The position numbers and the translations under genes were made by a program. A stretch of DNA of 64,000 nucleotides from positions 128,001 through 192,000 of the forward strand of contig CAWJQQ010000001.1 in the NCBI GenBank assembly GCA_963845065.1, in the 5' to 3' direction. Positions 42,011-51,813 of this stretch are shown here, piece by piece. The DNA is from Nitrospirota bacterium. GTDB taxonomy: Bacteria > Nitrospirota > UBA9217. The stretch's first letter is position 1. Each line of letters starts with the position of its first letter. The notes beneath the pieces were generated by a model. That model did not search any database. It worked only from the letters and a program-made list of their open reading frames with translations, and was not told where the DNA came from.

Positions 42011-42140
42011 TTCAGAAAGCACTGTTGACTGTAAAATTCAAACAATATTCATCACCTTGGCACCGACCTTGCCTGTCCAATCAACACCTATAAGCATGCA
42101 CAGGCGCTTGATAAAAACGGCTGCAGAATATCACTTGTAA
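42011..42140 (+). repeat. dispersed intergenic element, short subtype
   Basis: TTCAGAAAGC 42011, AATATTCATCACC, CACCTATAAG 42085, TGCAGAATATCACTTGTAA 42122. Confidence 0.85.
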
Positions 42141-42454
42141 CCTGCATCAACGCGCGGATAAGGTTTAGGTTCATACTATGAAAACAACAGCACGGCCTAA
42201 TTCTTCTGGATATGATCAGTATAACGTCATGATATCTCGCTTCGTCTTTGCCATGAAGCAAACATATTCAAGAATGGCAAAATGTTATTGTTTTATAATC
42301 ATCCATTGGTTCAATCTCACTATAACCACAAGAAAGGATTAAGGCACAAACTAGAACCGAAGCCGATAATATGAAGTCAGTCTCTCGAACATAACGAATC
42401 ATAATTGTACTCATGCTGTCACCATTTTGCTTAACGCAGGTGGAAGGCTGCTTA

Positions 42455-43762
42455 TTAGAGCGAAACTACCTTCCCCAGAAAGAGGATCGAGCCGGTCTGT
42501 ATTTCCCGAATGAGAAATATATAGGGATGATCGATGGTAAACGTTAGAGGTTGAGGTGGCGGCGCCGCGCCCGGCCCTACCACGATGGCGGTCGCGGCTG
42601 CTGCCTCTGTTCCAAACTCGTCTACGCTGATGAAGGCTTGATGGAAGACATTCTGGATAATCAGGTCGTGGTCCCCGTCAATGCCGGAGAAGTCCGCAGT
42701 ATTCGAATTGAATGCATCGGTCATGCCGAGAGATTTCAATATAGAACCCAGGTTAGCGACTTCGGTAAAGGTGAATTTTGGGAGAGAAAGAGCTACTTTC
42801 TGAGTGGACAGATGATTGGTAATGTCACCCAGCACGGTCGGAGTGAGCGAGGACAGAAATGCATCGAACGTGCCGGGATCCGGCATAATGACGAGCATTG
42901 AAAAATTGTTTCCTGCATAGGGGATATCGACAGCCTGGCAGCCATCCACCTGCGCATAGGTTACCGTGAACATTTGGTGCATAAAGGGAACCGATGACGT
43001 GGAGCCGTCCTGATTGAAAAAGGACTGAGTTGCCGTGCTCGCTACCGAAAACTGCGACGCCCAACTTGCCTTGAACCATATGGCGTTCGTCAGAACGATA
43101 CGGGTTAAATCTGTCACTCCTTCCTCGGGGATCAGATTCTGTATCCTGTTGTTCGTTTGGCTTTCTACCCATAAGTTGATCGTACCCCGCGCGTCCTCCG
43201 TCGCATTAATAAAGTCTACGAGGTACATGCCCGCACCGTAATTTACCGCGAGAGTGTCCAAATAAGACGGCAGAATGGATAAACCCACTTGTCCCCAGAT
43301 TGCGTTGGCGTTCCTGAGTATGGGGAGTTGCTCGCCGGCTGCCGTAATGGCGCCTGTGCCCTCGTTCGTGAGAAGAAGGTCGAGCTTATTGAAGGCCGCG
43401 TTAAGGCGGTCTTGGGGAAGAGGAAACGACAACGCCTGTTCGATTTCGCTCAAAGTATTCCCGTTGGCGCCCGGCGCTAAAAGAGCAAAAGCCTGCGTTA
43501 TGCTATAGGGAGAGAAAACGATATTGCTGCTTCCGCTCGGGTCGAGGAGGGGAAAGACCTTAAGCGCGAAATCCGTGTTGCCCGCTACGACCGCAGTGAA
43601 GTCAGCGTCAGGTACCTGCGGGTTCGTGTCTCGCGCCATGGACGACTGCGCAATCTGATATTGCGGCGGCTGCGCACTGTTTTCGGATTTATTGCACGCG
43701 ATTGCGAGACCAAACAGGCAGAAGGTAAAGATTCGTAAAGTAGTGATAATTTTACTGCTCAT
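42455..43762 (-). CDS. serpin-family protease inhibitor, lipoprotein
   Basis: lipobox LAIAC, NIVFSPYSI, NAIWFKASW, hinge EFGTEAAAATA, FTIDHPYIFLI. Confidence 0.95.
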   Translation of the reverse strand: MSSKIITTLRIFTFCLFGLAIACNKSENSAQPPQYQIAQSSMARDTNPQVPDADFTAVVAGNTDFALKVFPLLDPSGSSNIVFSPYSITQAFALLAPGANGNTLSEIEQALSFPLPQDRLNAAFNKLDLLLTNEGTGAITAAGEQLPILRNANAIWGQVGLSILPSYLDTLAVNYGAGMYLVDFINATEDARGTINLWVESQTNNRIQNLIPEEGVTDLTRIVLTNAIWFKASWASQFSVASTATQSFFNQDGSTSSVPFMHQMFTVTYAQVDGCQAVDIPYAGNNFSMLVIMPDPGTFDAFLSSLTPTVLGDITNHLSTQKVALSLPKFTFTEVANLGSILKSLGMTDAFNSNTADFSGIDGDHDLIIQNVFHQAFISVDEFGTEAAAATAIVVGPGAAPPPQPLTFTIDHPYIFLIREIQTGSILFLGKVVSL

Positions 43763-44030
43763 GAGCAATCATCCCGCGAAAAGGTTAGCTTCTTCTAGAA
43801 CTACTCATATTTTGGCAGAGCCTTGAAGTATTGTCAATTGCAAGGACTTGCAACTCTGCGTTTTCTTTCATTCGCGGGAATATATGGCTTGGAACTGAAA
43901 ATCGTACCTTGTAAAAAAGGTGACACGTTGATTGAAGGGGTTTTGGAACGGAATGTCGGAACACATGAAACCCGATATTTTATCAATATCAATGCGCTTT
44001 ATGCAATTTCCATAAATCACAGTTCAGCTA

Positions 44031-44185
44031 ACTTCAGGATGAAGCGAATGAAAGAAAACACTATCATAATATGCATGATACAAATAATATTTTTCACCTC
44101 GATCGAAATTAGGAGCCCTATGGGGTTCATCTACAAGTGCTGAATGCCAATATAATGAAAATGATGTAAAATCCTGGTTGAAATA
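44031..44185 (+). repeat. dispersed intergenic element, long subtype
   Basis: TTCAGGATGAA 44033, TGCATGATAC, AATATTTTTCACCTCGATCG, CATCTACAAG 44128, TGTAAAATCC. Confidence 0.85.
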
Positions 44186-44239
44186 CGCACTAGCCCGGGA
44201 AAATAGATCTGTGGTATTTTGCGAGAATCGATTTCTGTC

Positions 44240-44830
44240 CTACAAAAAGGTGTAAAATCGGACTCCTGCTAAGACCAACATAAAAACGCCAAGGAGAATA
44301 TAGAAAATAGAAGTAACATTATTCGGTTTAATATGATTTTTGATATAGTATTCGTTCATTCCCGCTATAATTTCCTTTAACAATTTTGTATCCTTTGATT
44401 GCTTGAACCTAAGCTGTGCGGAGCCAGTCCAAGATTGGATCGCAATTTGCAGATTTGCGTTTATCGCAGTGAGCCTAATGGCAGACAGCTTTTCCTCGAA
44501 TGGCTGGTTAATCCTCTTGAGAGAAAAGTGAAGTGCATCGCTAAAAGAATCATCTGATACTCCAATAGCCATGTATCCCTTCATTAGGATCCAGAAATAA
44601 ACTAAAAGACAAATAAACAGAATAGGGCTTATCATGAAGATTATTCTACTCTTGCCTGACAGATCCTTTAAAAATATATTCACCGTGATTAGAGAAAATG
44701 CAAAAACCATTAAAGCAAAGAAATATTTTGATGGTATAAACAGAGGTCTTTTTGATATAACAACCTTAACACCAATAAAAAGAAAATAGAATGCAATGAG
44801 AGCAAATAGCAATGGGGCATATATTTTCAT
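44240..44830 (-). CDS. hypothetical membrane protein
   Basis: 196-aa ORF, AGGAG RBS, 3+1 TM segments, AT-rich. Confidence 0.7.
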   Translation of the reverse strand: MKIYAPLLFALIAFYFLFIGVKVVISKRPLFIPSKYFFALMVFAFSLITVNIFLKDLSGKSRIIFMISPILFICLLVYFWILMKGYMAIGVSDDSFSDALHFSLKRINQPFEEKLSAIRLTAINANLQIAIQSWTGSAQLRFKQSKDTKLLKEIIAGMNEYYIKNHIKPNNVTSIFYILLGVFMLVLAGVRFYTFL

Positions 44831-44921
44831 CTAGCTTCTCCTTTTGTAATTACGGTTCGAATATTAGGTTATGTCATAAACTGACTGTATGCACCTTACG
44901 GGAAGTAGCCCGCGCTGCATG

Positions 44922-45434
44922 CTATTGTGATTCCTCTATCTCAATCGATTGATACAATCCCCAGATAACTGACACAATAATGATGACGATCCCTGTTATA
45001 TAAACCGTGTTTCCAATCGCCTGGTCCCACCTGAGAAGCCCAAGCCGGGAAAGAATGTAGTTCCAGTCATGGATCACCTCCTCACCACCACCAACCGATA
45101 TCAACGGAAGTGCCATTGCCTGGGCGTCTTTTACATACACTGAAATCCCGAAAAAGTTTTGGCCGGTCCAGAAGAGCGTAACTGCTGACGAATAAAACTC
45201 GCGCCGAACAAAGAAGTAAATCGTAAAGGCAGCAGGCACAAAAAGCTGGCCGATGGTGCCGCCAATAACATGGATAAATTCGCCGAACCAGCTGAAGAAC
45301 AGGTGGCCCGCTTCGTGCGCTACCAGATTTACTCCATCAAGCATGTGAAAGCTATTCACATCATGGGCGCAAATGATACCGTAAACTGCCATGAGAACAG
45401 TAAAGCTTATTTTGAAATAATTTATCTTTTTCAT
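44922..45434 (-). CDS. membrane protein with HExGH motif (M50-like)
   Basis: NLVAHEAGH, GGTIGQL, HDWNYIL. Confidence 0.75.
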   Translation of the reverse strand: MKKINYFKISFTVLMAVYGIICAHDVNSFHMLDGVNLVAHEAGHLFFSWFGEFIHVIGGTIGQLFVPAAFTIYFFVRREFYSSAVTLFWTGQNFFGISVYVKDAQAMALPLISVGGGEEVIHDWNYILSRLGLLRWDQAIGNTVYITGIVIIIVSVIWGLYQSIEIEESQ

Positions 45435-45504
45435 TAAAATCCATTTTATCAGATCATCAAGCACTGCCTCTTCGTGACAGAAAATGACATCACCATATGC
45501 ATGA

Positions 45505-45615
45505 TACATGATACAAACGATATTTCTCACCTCGATCGACACGATGATCTCTGTGAGGCTCATCTACAAGTGTGTAGCCGTGCTGACGAAATATCTATGA
45601 ACAATACTAGATGAT
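45505..45615 (+). repeat. dispersed intergenic element, right part
   Basis: CATGATACAAACGATATTTCTCACCTCGATCG, CATCTACAAG 45561, TGAACAATAC. Confidence 0.8.
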
Positions 45616-45765
45616 AATTGTAACGCAGACGTTATCTATTTATCAAGTTGACGGACTGATTGGACAATATTTTCCTATGTCAATTTCCGTTTCCGCATTT
45701 TCCTTTCTATTCTTAATTATTGTCCATAAAGAACAAGGCCATGTTTTTTAATTGGTAGCATACGT

Positions 45766-46257
45766 TCAAAGATTCATCTTATATTTAATAAAAGCTAGAC
45801 AATCGCTGGCTGTCAATCTCCCGATGGCACTGCTGCTGTATACGGCGTTTTCAATCTTGCCTTCAGGGCTAACGATAAACCCAGTCGCTTGAATGTGGTT
45901 TTTTTCAAGATTAAAGAAGGCCCCGGTGATTGCGGATACCTCAGATGGGGTGAGGCCGTATCCTACGGAAAAGGTCAAACCGTATTTATCAACTGTCTTG
46001 CCCGCGTCCTCTTCGGTGTCGGACGATGCTGCAATGATCCTGATGTTCTTTTTTTCAAACTCGGCTATGCTTCTTTGGAAGTCCAGCAACTGCTGGCGGC
46101 AATATGGTCACCAGTGACCTCGATAGATAAGGAATACGTTCCAGTGCCCGTTGAAATCTTTTGGAATATAGACCGTTGCGCCGCGTACGACTCGAAACTC
46201 CATCAGAGGAAAAGAATCTCCAGTATCCAATATTTTGCACGGGTCGCCGCTTCTCAT
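45766..46257 (-). CDS. AhpC/TSA peroxiredoxin-like selenoprotein (UxxC)
   Basis: continuous frame from ATG 46257 (AGGAG RBS): ..FLIYRGHW-TGA-PYCRQQL..; TGA at 46108-46110 in the catalytic Cys position; hairpin 11 nt downstream. Confidence 0.88.
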
Positions 46258-46432
46258 GGATGACTCCTTTGATTAGAGATATTTCATTCACTCATTAAAT
46301 CAATAATTACAGAGGCAAACACTACCCATACTTGTAACAAACTATACGGAAGTCTTCAAGTGAAATGGGCCAACAGTGTATAGGTCTTCATTAAGTGAAA
46401 AATATTTTTTAAGAGATCCAACATAAGCATAG

Positions 46433-46560
46433 CACAGGATGTTTTATTGAACACTAACTTCAACGAGAATTTTACACGACTTAGCAGATCGTGGAGATCT
46501 GATCTCCATCTACAAATGTGTAACGGCACATGCTAAAAACGGTTGCAAAATACGAAGGCA
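46433..46560 (+). repeat. dispersed intergenic element, short subtype
   Basis: CACAGGATG 46433, GAATTTTACAC, CATCTACAAA 46507, TGCAAAATAC. Confidence 0.8.
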
Positions 46561-46611
46561 AGCCTGTCACTCCCGGTCTGATGCGTTGTATTGCGTCAAT
46601 ATTTAAAAAAT

Positions 46612-46647
46612 CAAAAAAGGCCTGGGATTTTTCCAGGCCTTTTTGAT
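46612..46647. terminator. bidirectional intrinsic terminator
   Basis: AAAAAAGGCCTGG-GATTTTT-CCAGGCCTTTTTG downstream of the large lipoprotein gene. Confidence 0.8.
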
Positions 46648-46760
46648 CACATCGAAACACTGCTCAAATGGAAGTTATACTGTTTATTGTTACATTATTG
46701 TATCATCAACAGACTATAGACATCTTACGCGAGTTGGCTGGTCTTTACGGGGCCATATCT

Positions 46761-49700
46761 TTAGTAGTTCACACAAGTGCTACCTGCCGAATTAGTTATT
46801 GCATAGGTCGGAGAAGTCGTGCAATTCCCAGCAATAAATTGGTTAAGCCAGTCATTGCATGAGGCAATAGTGCAAAATGGCCCAGCAGATCCAGTGTTGT
46901 ACCCCATATCGGCAATGCATTGTGACTGGCCATTGCAATTGTAATTAGCGTAATAATTAGTACCAGATGCTGGTGGCGTACATGTCGGATAATCAGTTGC
47001 CCCGTTCGAACAGGTGGGTGGCGTACATGTCGGATAATCAGTTGCCCCGTTCGAACAGGTGGGCGGCGTACATGTCGGATAATTAGTTGCCCCGTTCGAA
47101 CAAGTGGGTGGCGTACATGTCGGATAATCAGTTGCCCCGTTTGAACAAGTTAATAATGTAAAGGTCGCGATAACCGACGTATCTGAATTCATAATAACTG
47201 TGCATGCACCTGTCCCAGAACATCCACCGCCTGACCATCCGTTGAATTTCGATACAGATGTAGCTGTTGCCGCGAGGGTTACGAACGTGCCGTTTGTCAC
47301 CGATGCGGTGCAAGTCGTGCCGCAGTCTATGCCAGAAGGCGTTGAGATCACTGTCCCGCTTCCCGTACCGCTCTCGCTGACGCTTAAGGTGTACGAAGCC
47401 GTAGGCATTGATAATACGGGGTTAGATGGCGAACCTTCTCCATTGTTGTTGCATGCTGTTGCAATGCAGGAATATGTTATGCCATTGGTAAGTCCGGTAT
47501 AAGTATAGGGACTTGACACAAAGGCGATCTCCGTACCAATGGCTTCGGTTACGTTCGTTCCAGCGGCGCAATAAAGATTATAGCAAGTCGCGTCCGAAAC
47601 TCCGATCCAAGTAATCGTTATCTGCCCATCACCGACAATGGCGGTTAAATTTGATGGAGGAGATGATGGGACGGTTGCAATATCGCTGATCTTGCGGATG
47701 TCATAATTATCATAGTCCGCTACATACAAATTAGTTCCGTCCGTGGTTATGCCATCAAGATAATGAAATCTCGCTGCCGTGCCTGTACCATCCGTTGAAC
47801 CGGCAGTACCTGCTGTACCTGCAATCGTGGTAACAACCCCTGTGGATATAACAACCTTGCGAATGGTGTCATTCATCATGTCCGCGACATACAGATTAGT
47901 CCCGTCAGTAGTTACATAAAAAAAGGAAATTTCATTGTAAAGAAGCTGAGAAAATCTCGCCGCCGAGCCTATGCCATCCGTTGAGCCGGCAGTACCTGCT
48001 GTACCTGCAATCGTGGTAACAACCCCTGTGGATATAACAATCTTGCGAATGATAGAACTGTCCGCGACATACAAATTTGTCCCGTCTGTTGTTATACCAG
48101 AAGGATCACTAAAACTTGCTGCCGTGCCTGTGCCATTCGTTGACCCGGCAGTACCGCTCCCGGCAAGCGTGGTAACGACACCTGTGGATATGACGATCTT
48201 GCGGATTTTATTGTTATAACTGTCCGTGACATACAGATTTGTTCCGTCTGTGGTTATACCAATAGGGGTAAAAAATCTTGCTGCCGAGCCTGTGCCATCC
48301 GTTGAAAGGTAATTACCTGAACCTGGTAAACCTGCAATCGTGGTAACAACCTCTGTGGATATGACAACCTTGCGGATGGTATGATTGCCAGCGTCCGCGA
48401 CATACAGATTAGTCCCGTCTGTGGTTATGCCGGCAGGACTATAAAATCTTGCTGCCGAACCTGTGCCATCCGTTGAACCGGTAGAATTTGCTATGCCTGC
48501 AATCGTGGTAACAACACCTGTGGATATGACGATCTTGCGGATGGCAGACGAGTCCGTTACATACAAATTAGTTCCGTCTGTGGTTATGCCATCAGGATAA
48601 CGAAATCCCGCTGCCGTGCCTATGCCATCCGTTGAAACGGAAGAGCCTGCTGAACCTGCAAAAGTTGTAACAATATTCGGATATAGACCCAACGAATTGC
48701 CCTGCATAGTCCCGCCCAGGAGCAAGGGGGCGGCAGTAGCGGGATTCTGTTTAGTCGTAAAGCTCCAGGAAAAACTATTGGCCATAATATTCCCTGTCGT
48801 ATCCCTTACTCCGGTTATTGTTGCTGTGTATGAGGTGTCATAAGCGAGTGCGCTCGACGGTGTAAATGTGGCCTTATTTGCGGAGGAATCATAAGTCACC
48901 GCGCCTCTTACGCCGGATAGGGTAAAAGTTGCTGCCGTGATAGTGGATGCGTTCATGTCTTCGTTAAAAGTTACCGAGATAGCCGCATCAGTATCCACCG
49001 CGCCGGATGAGCCATCAGTGCTTTTCGAGACTACGGTTGGATGCACCGTTCCAGTTATGGTTGAATTCACAGGCCCGGGTGGCGGTGTGGAGTTTGAGTT
49101 CCACCTCGCATACAGGGTAACATTCGCCGAACCCATCGTGAAGGTTTGGCCTTGCGCGTAGGTCGTGCCGGACCCATTCGTTTGTATGCCCCATCCAGAA
49201 AAAGAATATCCAGATAGTACGAGGTTGCCTGTATTGCCAAGCACTGTGACGGTTTGGCCCTGCTCGTAATTGGTTGTATCGATCGGGACACTACCGCCGG
49301 AATTGCCGTTGCCGTTATAGGTAACAGTGTACGTGGGGCTTGTTGTCCATTTGGCGTACAGGGTGATATTTGCCGAACCCATCGTGAACGTCTGACCCTG
49401 TGTATAGGTCGTTCCGGAGCCATTCGCCTGCGTGTTCCAGCCGGCAAAAGAATAGCCGGTATTTACGAGGCTGCCCGTATTCGCGATTACTGCGACGGCT
49501 TGCCCATGCACATAATTGGTTGAATCAATCGGGACGCTGCCACCGGTAGCGCCGTTGTTATTAAAGACTACGGTGTATGTGGGGATGGAGTTTGATATCC
49601 ACTTTGCGTAGAGTGTGACGCTTGCTGTTCCCATCGTGAAGATCTGGCCTTGCGTGTAGGTTGTGCCTGTCCCAGCCTCACTTGTATTCCAGCCATTGAA

Positions 49701-49952
49701 GGTAAAGTTAGTATCCACGAGGTTGCCTGGATTGCCAAGCGCCGTGATTGTGTTCCCCTCCTGGTAATTGGTTGTGTCAACAGGGACAATGCCGCTCGTG
49801 TCTCCGTTACCATTGTAGGTCACAATGTATGCGGAGGCTGTGTTTGTTCCGACGCCCCCGACGCCACCACCTCCGCTGCCGCAGGCGGCTAGGAAAGTCG
49901 TAATAAACGCAATCGTCAAAACCAGCGACATCATGTTCAGAAGCTTTTTCAT
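46761..49952 (-). CDS. large surface lipoprotein: three InlB-B/Listeria-Bacteroides repeats, Ig-like domain, NHL-type propeller, FN3-like domain, Cys-rich tail
   Basis: lipobox LAAC; YTVTYNGNG..TLYAKW x3; GITTDGTNLYV x6; TCSNGATDYPTCTPP x4. Confidence 0.9.
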   Translation of the reverse strand: MKKLLNMMSLVLTIAFITTFLAACGSGGGGVGGVGTNTASAYIVTYNGNGDTSGIVPVDTTNYQEGNTITALGNPGNLVDTNFTFNGWNTSEAGTGTTYTQGQIFTMGTASVTLYAKWISNSIPTYTVVFNNNGATGGSVPIDSTNYVHGQAVAVIANTGSLVNTGYSFAGWNTQANGSGTTYTQGQTFTMGSANITLYAKWTTSPTYTVTYNGNGNSGGSVPIDTTNYEQGQTVTVLGNTGNLVLSGYSFSGWGIQTNGSGTTYAQGQTFTMGSANVTLYARWNSNSTPPPGPVNSTITGTVHPTVVSKSTDGSSGAVDTDAAISVTFNEDMNASTITAATFTLSGVRGAVTYDSSANKATFTPSSALAYDTSYTATITGVRDTTGNIMANSFSWSFTTKQNPATAAPLLLGGTMQGNSLGLYPNIVTTFAGSAGSSVSTDGIGTAAGFRYPDGITTDGTNLYVTDSSAIRKIVISTGVVTTIAGIANSTGSTDGTGSAARFYSPAGITTDGTNLYVADAGNHTIRKVVISTEVVTTIAGLPGSGNYLSTDGTGSAARFFTPIGITTDGTNLYVTDSYNNKIRKIVISTGVVTTLAGSGTAGSTNGTGTAASFSDPSGITTDGTNLYVADSSIIRKIVISTGVVTTIAGTAGTAGSTDGIGSAARFSQLLYNEISFFYVTTDGTNLYVADMMNDTIRKVVISTGVVTTIAGTAGTAGSTDGTGTAARFHYLDGITTDGTNLYVADYDNYDIRKISDIATVPSSPPSNLTAIVGDGQITITWIGVSDATCYNLYCAAGTNVTEAIGTEIAFVSSPYTYTGLTNGITYSCIATACNNNGEGSPSNPVLSMPTASYTLSVSESGTGSGTVISTPSGIDCGTTCTASVTNGTFVTLAATATSVSKFNGWSGGGCSGTGACTVIMNSDTSVIATFTLLTCSNGATDYPTCTPPTCSNGATNYPTCTPPTCSNGATDYPTCTPPTCSNGATDYPTCTPPASGTNYYANYNCNGQSQCIADMGYNTGSAGPFCTIASCNDWLNQFIAGNCTTSPTYAITNSAGSTCVNY
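46971..47150 (-). repeat. 4 x 45-bp coding tandem repeat
   Basis: near-identical units encoding TCSNGAT(D/N)YPTCTPP. Confidence 0.9.
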
Positions 49953-50624
49953 ATTTTAGAGACTCCTTTTAAACAGATTTGAATCATTTCCCAAGTGTAA
50001 AAAACATAAATACACTGTGTTATTATCATCATACAACCCTGTGCTGAAAATTGATTTTAGACTAAGAAAATCTATTTCTTGCTTTGAAATCTCAAACATC
50101 CACACACCGCTTAACGCAAGATTTTTGACTGGTAATGATAAATACAAAACATGTTCAGAATATAAATTATGTAGTGAAAATAAACGGTTATTGTTGCAAA
50201 TGCACAAAATCCAGTCTCGAAACGCATACAAAAGCAATTCTTCATCTGCCCTTCAGGTTGCACTGGTTAGTGCATAGGGGTGGGTGGTGGATATTTCCGT
50301 GGATGAAGTACGTTGATTGTACAGGAGTGCAAATTTAAGCAAAAGGGCACTTGCTAACACATCCCATGATCTCTGCCTGCTGTATATATAAATATTATTG
50401 TGAAAACAATATATTTTGTTTGTGCCTATTTGTCAAGAAAATAAACGTGGGTATTTTTTGGGGTATAACAATTAAAATAGGCAGGGCAATGCAGATGTTG
50501 AGGTGCAAAATACGGGTTGGAAATTACACAATTGCAAAGAATGAAAACTCGTTTGCTTCAGGATGGAGGTCGCGATGCACATTATGACCCCTTCTAGAAG
50601 TAAGACCAATTCTCGTTATTCCGT

Positions 50625-51455
50625 TTATCTGTCCCCAACCAGTTCGTTCAAAGCATCGAGGTCCACCGATGTGGGATGGAACGCGCCCATCCACCGCATG
50701 CATCGGTTCGCATTCAGGGGAATACCCACCACGGGGATGTTCAGGCCAATACACAGCCGCATGCCCCGCAGCAGTTCCGGAACGCAGGCCACACCCAGCA
50801 CGCCAATGCTTCCTTCCCTGTCCCGAAGCTCTCTGAATAGAGGTTTGAGGCTGGCATTCATCCACAGGTAAGGCTCGATGCGGTTCTCTCGAAGTAGCGC
50901 GCTTACGCGGTTGACAAAGCAGTTCTTCGAGCACCCCTTGCACACATAGTCAAGCTCACCAGGGCCGGACCGGCAATCCGCGCTCAAGTCGCGAAGACAA
51001 TAGGGAAGGAAGGCTATTCTGCGCTTCGCTGATCTGAACGCTTCTTTCCAAGCCCGGTTCGCGAGCTCGATCAGGAGCATATAAAGGTGGTACTGCTCTT
51101 CGGAAGTGAAGAGGGTGCCGTCCCATCTCTTAAGAAACGAGATCTCTTGTAGATGTGCATTAACCAGGGCAGTATGCGGAGTGAGCATGTCTTGAGCTGC
51201 AGTTACGATGAAGTGAATGAGCTTGTTGCCGGGAGTGTTGGGAAGGCGGAGCTGCTTTTTCAAAACCCGTTTATTTCTACTTGCCCGTTCCAGGATCCTG
51301 ATAAGGCCAAGGATATCTGGGCTCCCTTCCAGTACTCGGTCTGCGAGCGCACTGATCTTCCGATAATAGTTTTCTGTCGAGGGTTCTGTCCCAAACAAAG
51401 AGTAGGTCTTCCCTGCGACGGAAATCGATGATCTCGCTACTTCTTTCGGTGTCAT
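50625..51455 (-). CDS. DUF116 domain protein
   Basis: FLPYCLR..CR....YVCKGCSKNC, GVACVPEL..G, PVVGIPL. Confidence 0.82.
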   Translation of the reverse strand: MTPKEVARSSISVAGKTYSLFGTEPSTENYYRKISALADRVLEGSPDILGLIRILERASRNKRVLKKQLRLPNTPGNKLIHFIVTAAQDMLTPHTALVNAHLQEISFLKRWDGTLFTSEEQYHLYMLLIELANRAWKEAFRSAKRRIAFLPYCLRDLSADCRSGPGELDYVCKGCSKNCFVNRVSALLRENRIEPYLWMNASLKPLFRELRDREGSIGVLGVACVPELLRGMRLCIGLNIPVVGIPLNANRCMRWMGAFHPTSVDLDALNELVGDR

Positions 51456-51780
51456 GTCTGATTATCCCTCTTTAGAACTCGAAAAGCTGCCCTTGCCCGA
51501 TCTGGTCTCTGCAATAGGAATCGGGTTCTAGCGGCCTCGGCTCCGGGGATACACAGCCCTTCCCGTTTTGTTTACCGTACATGTTTTCTGAGTAAGATTC
51601 AGTCTGACTGGAAATGCCAGCTAAACAAGATAGTCTATCCCCTTCATGCGGCCATCGTCCCTGCCGAATTAAAAATTTCTATGTGTAACCTGAATTTCAA
51701 AAAATTACCAAACTATCCGCAGAAAGCCCCTGGTTTTAACCATGGGGATGAATGCGGGAACTTTGTTTTCCGGCAATTAG

Positions 51781-51809
51781 TAGACAAATGTACATCTATG
51801 TGGTATATT
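51781..51809 (+). promoter_or_regulatory. putative sigma70 promoter of tnpB
   Basis: TAGACA-17 nt-TATATT with extended TG, inside the IS605 left end. Confidence 0.55.
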
Positions 51810-51813
51810 TAAA

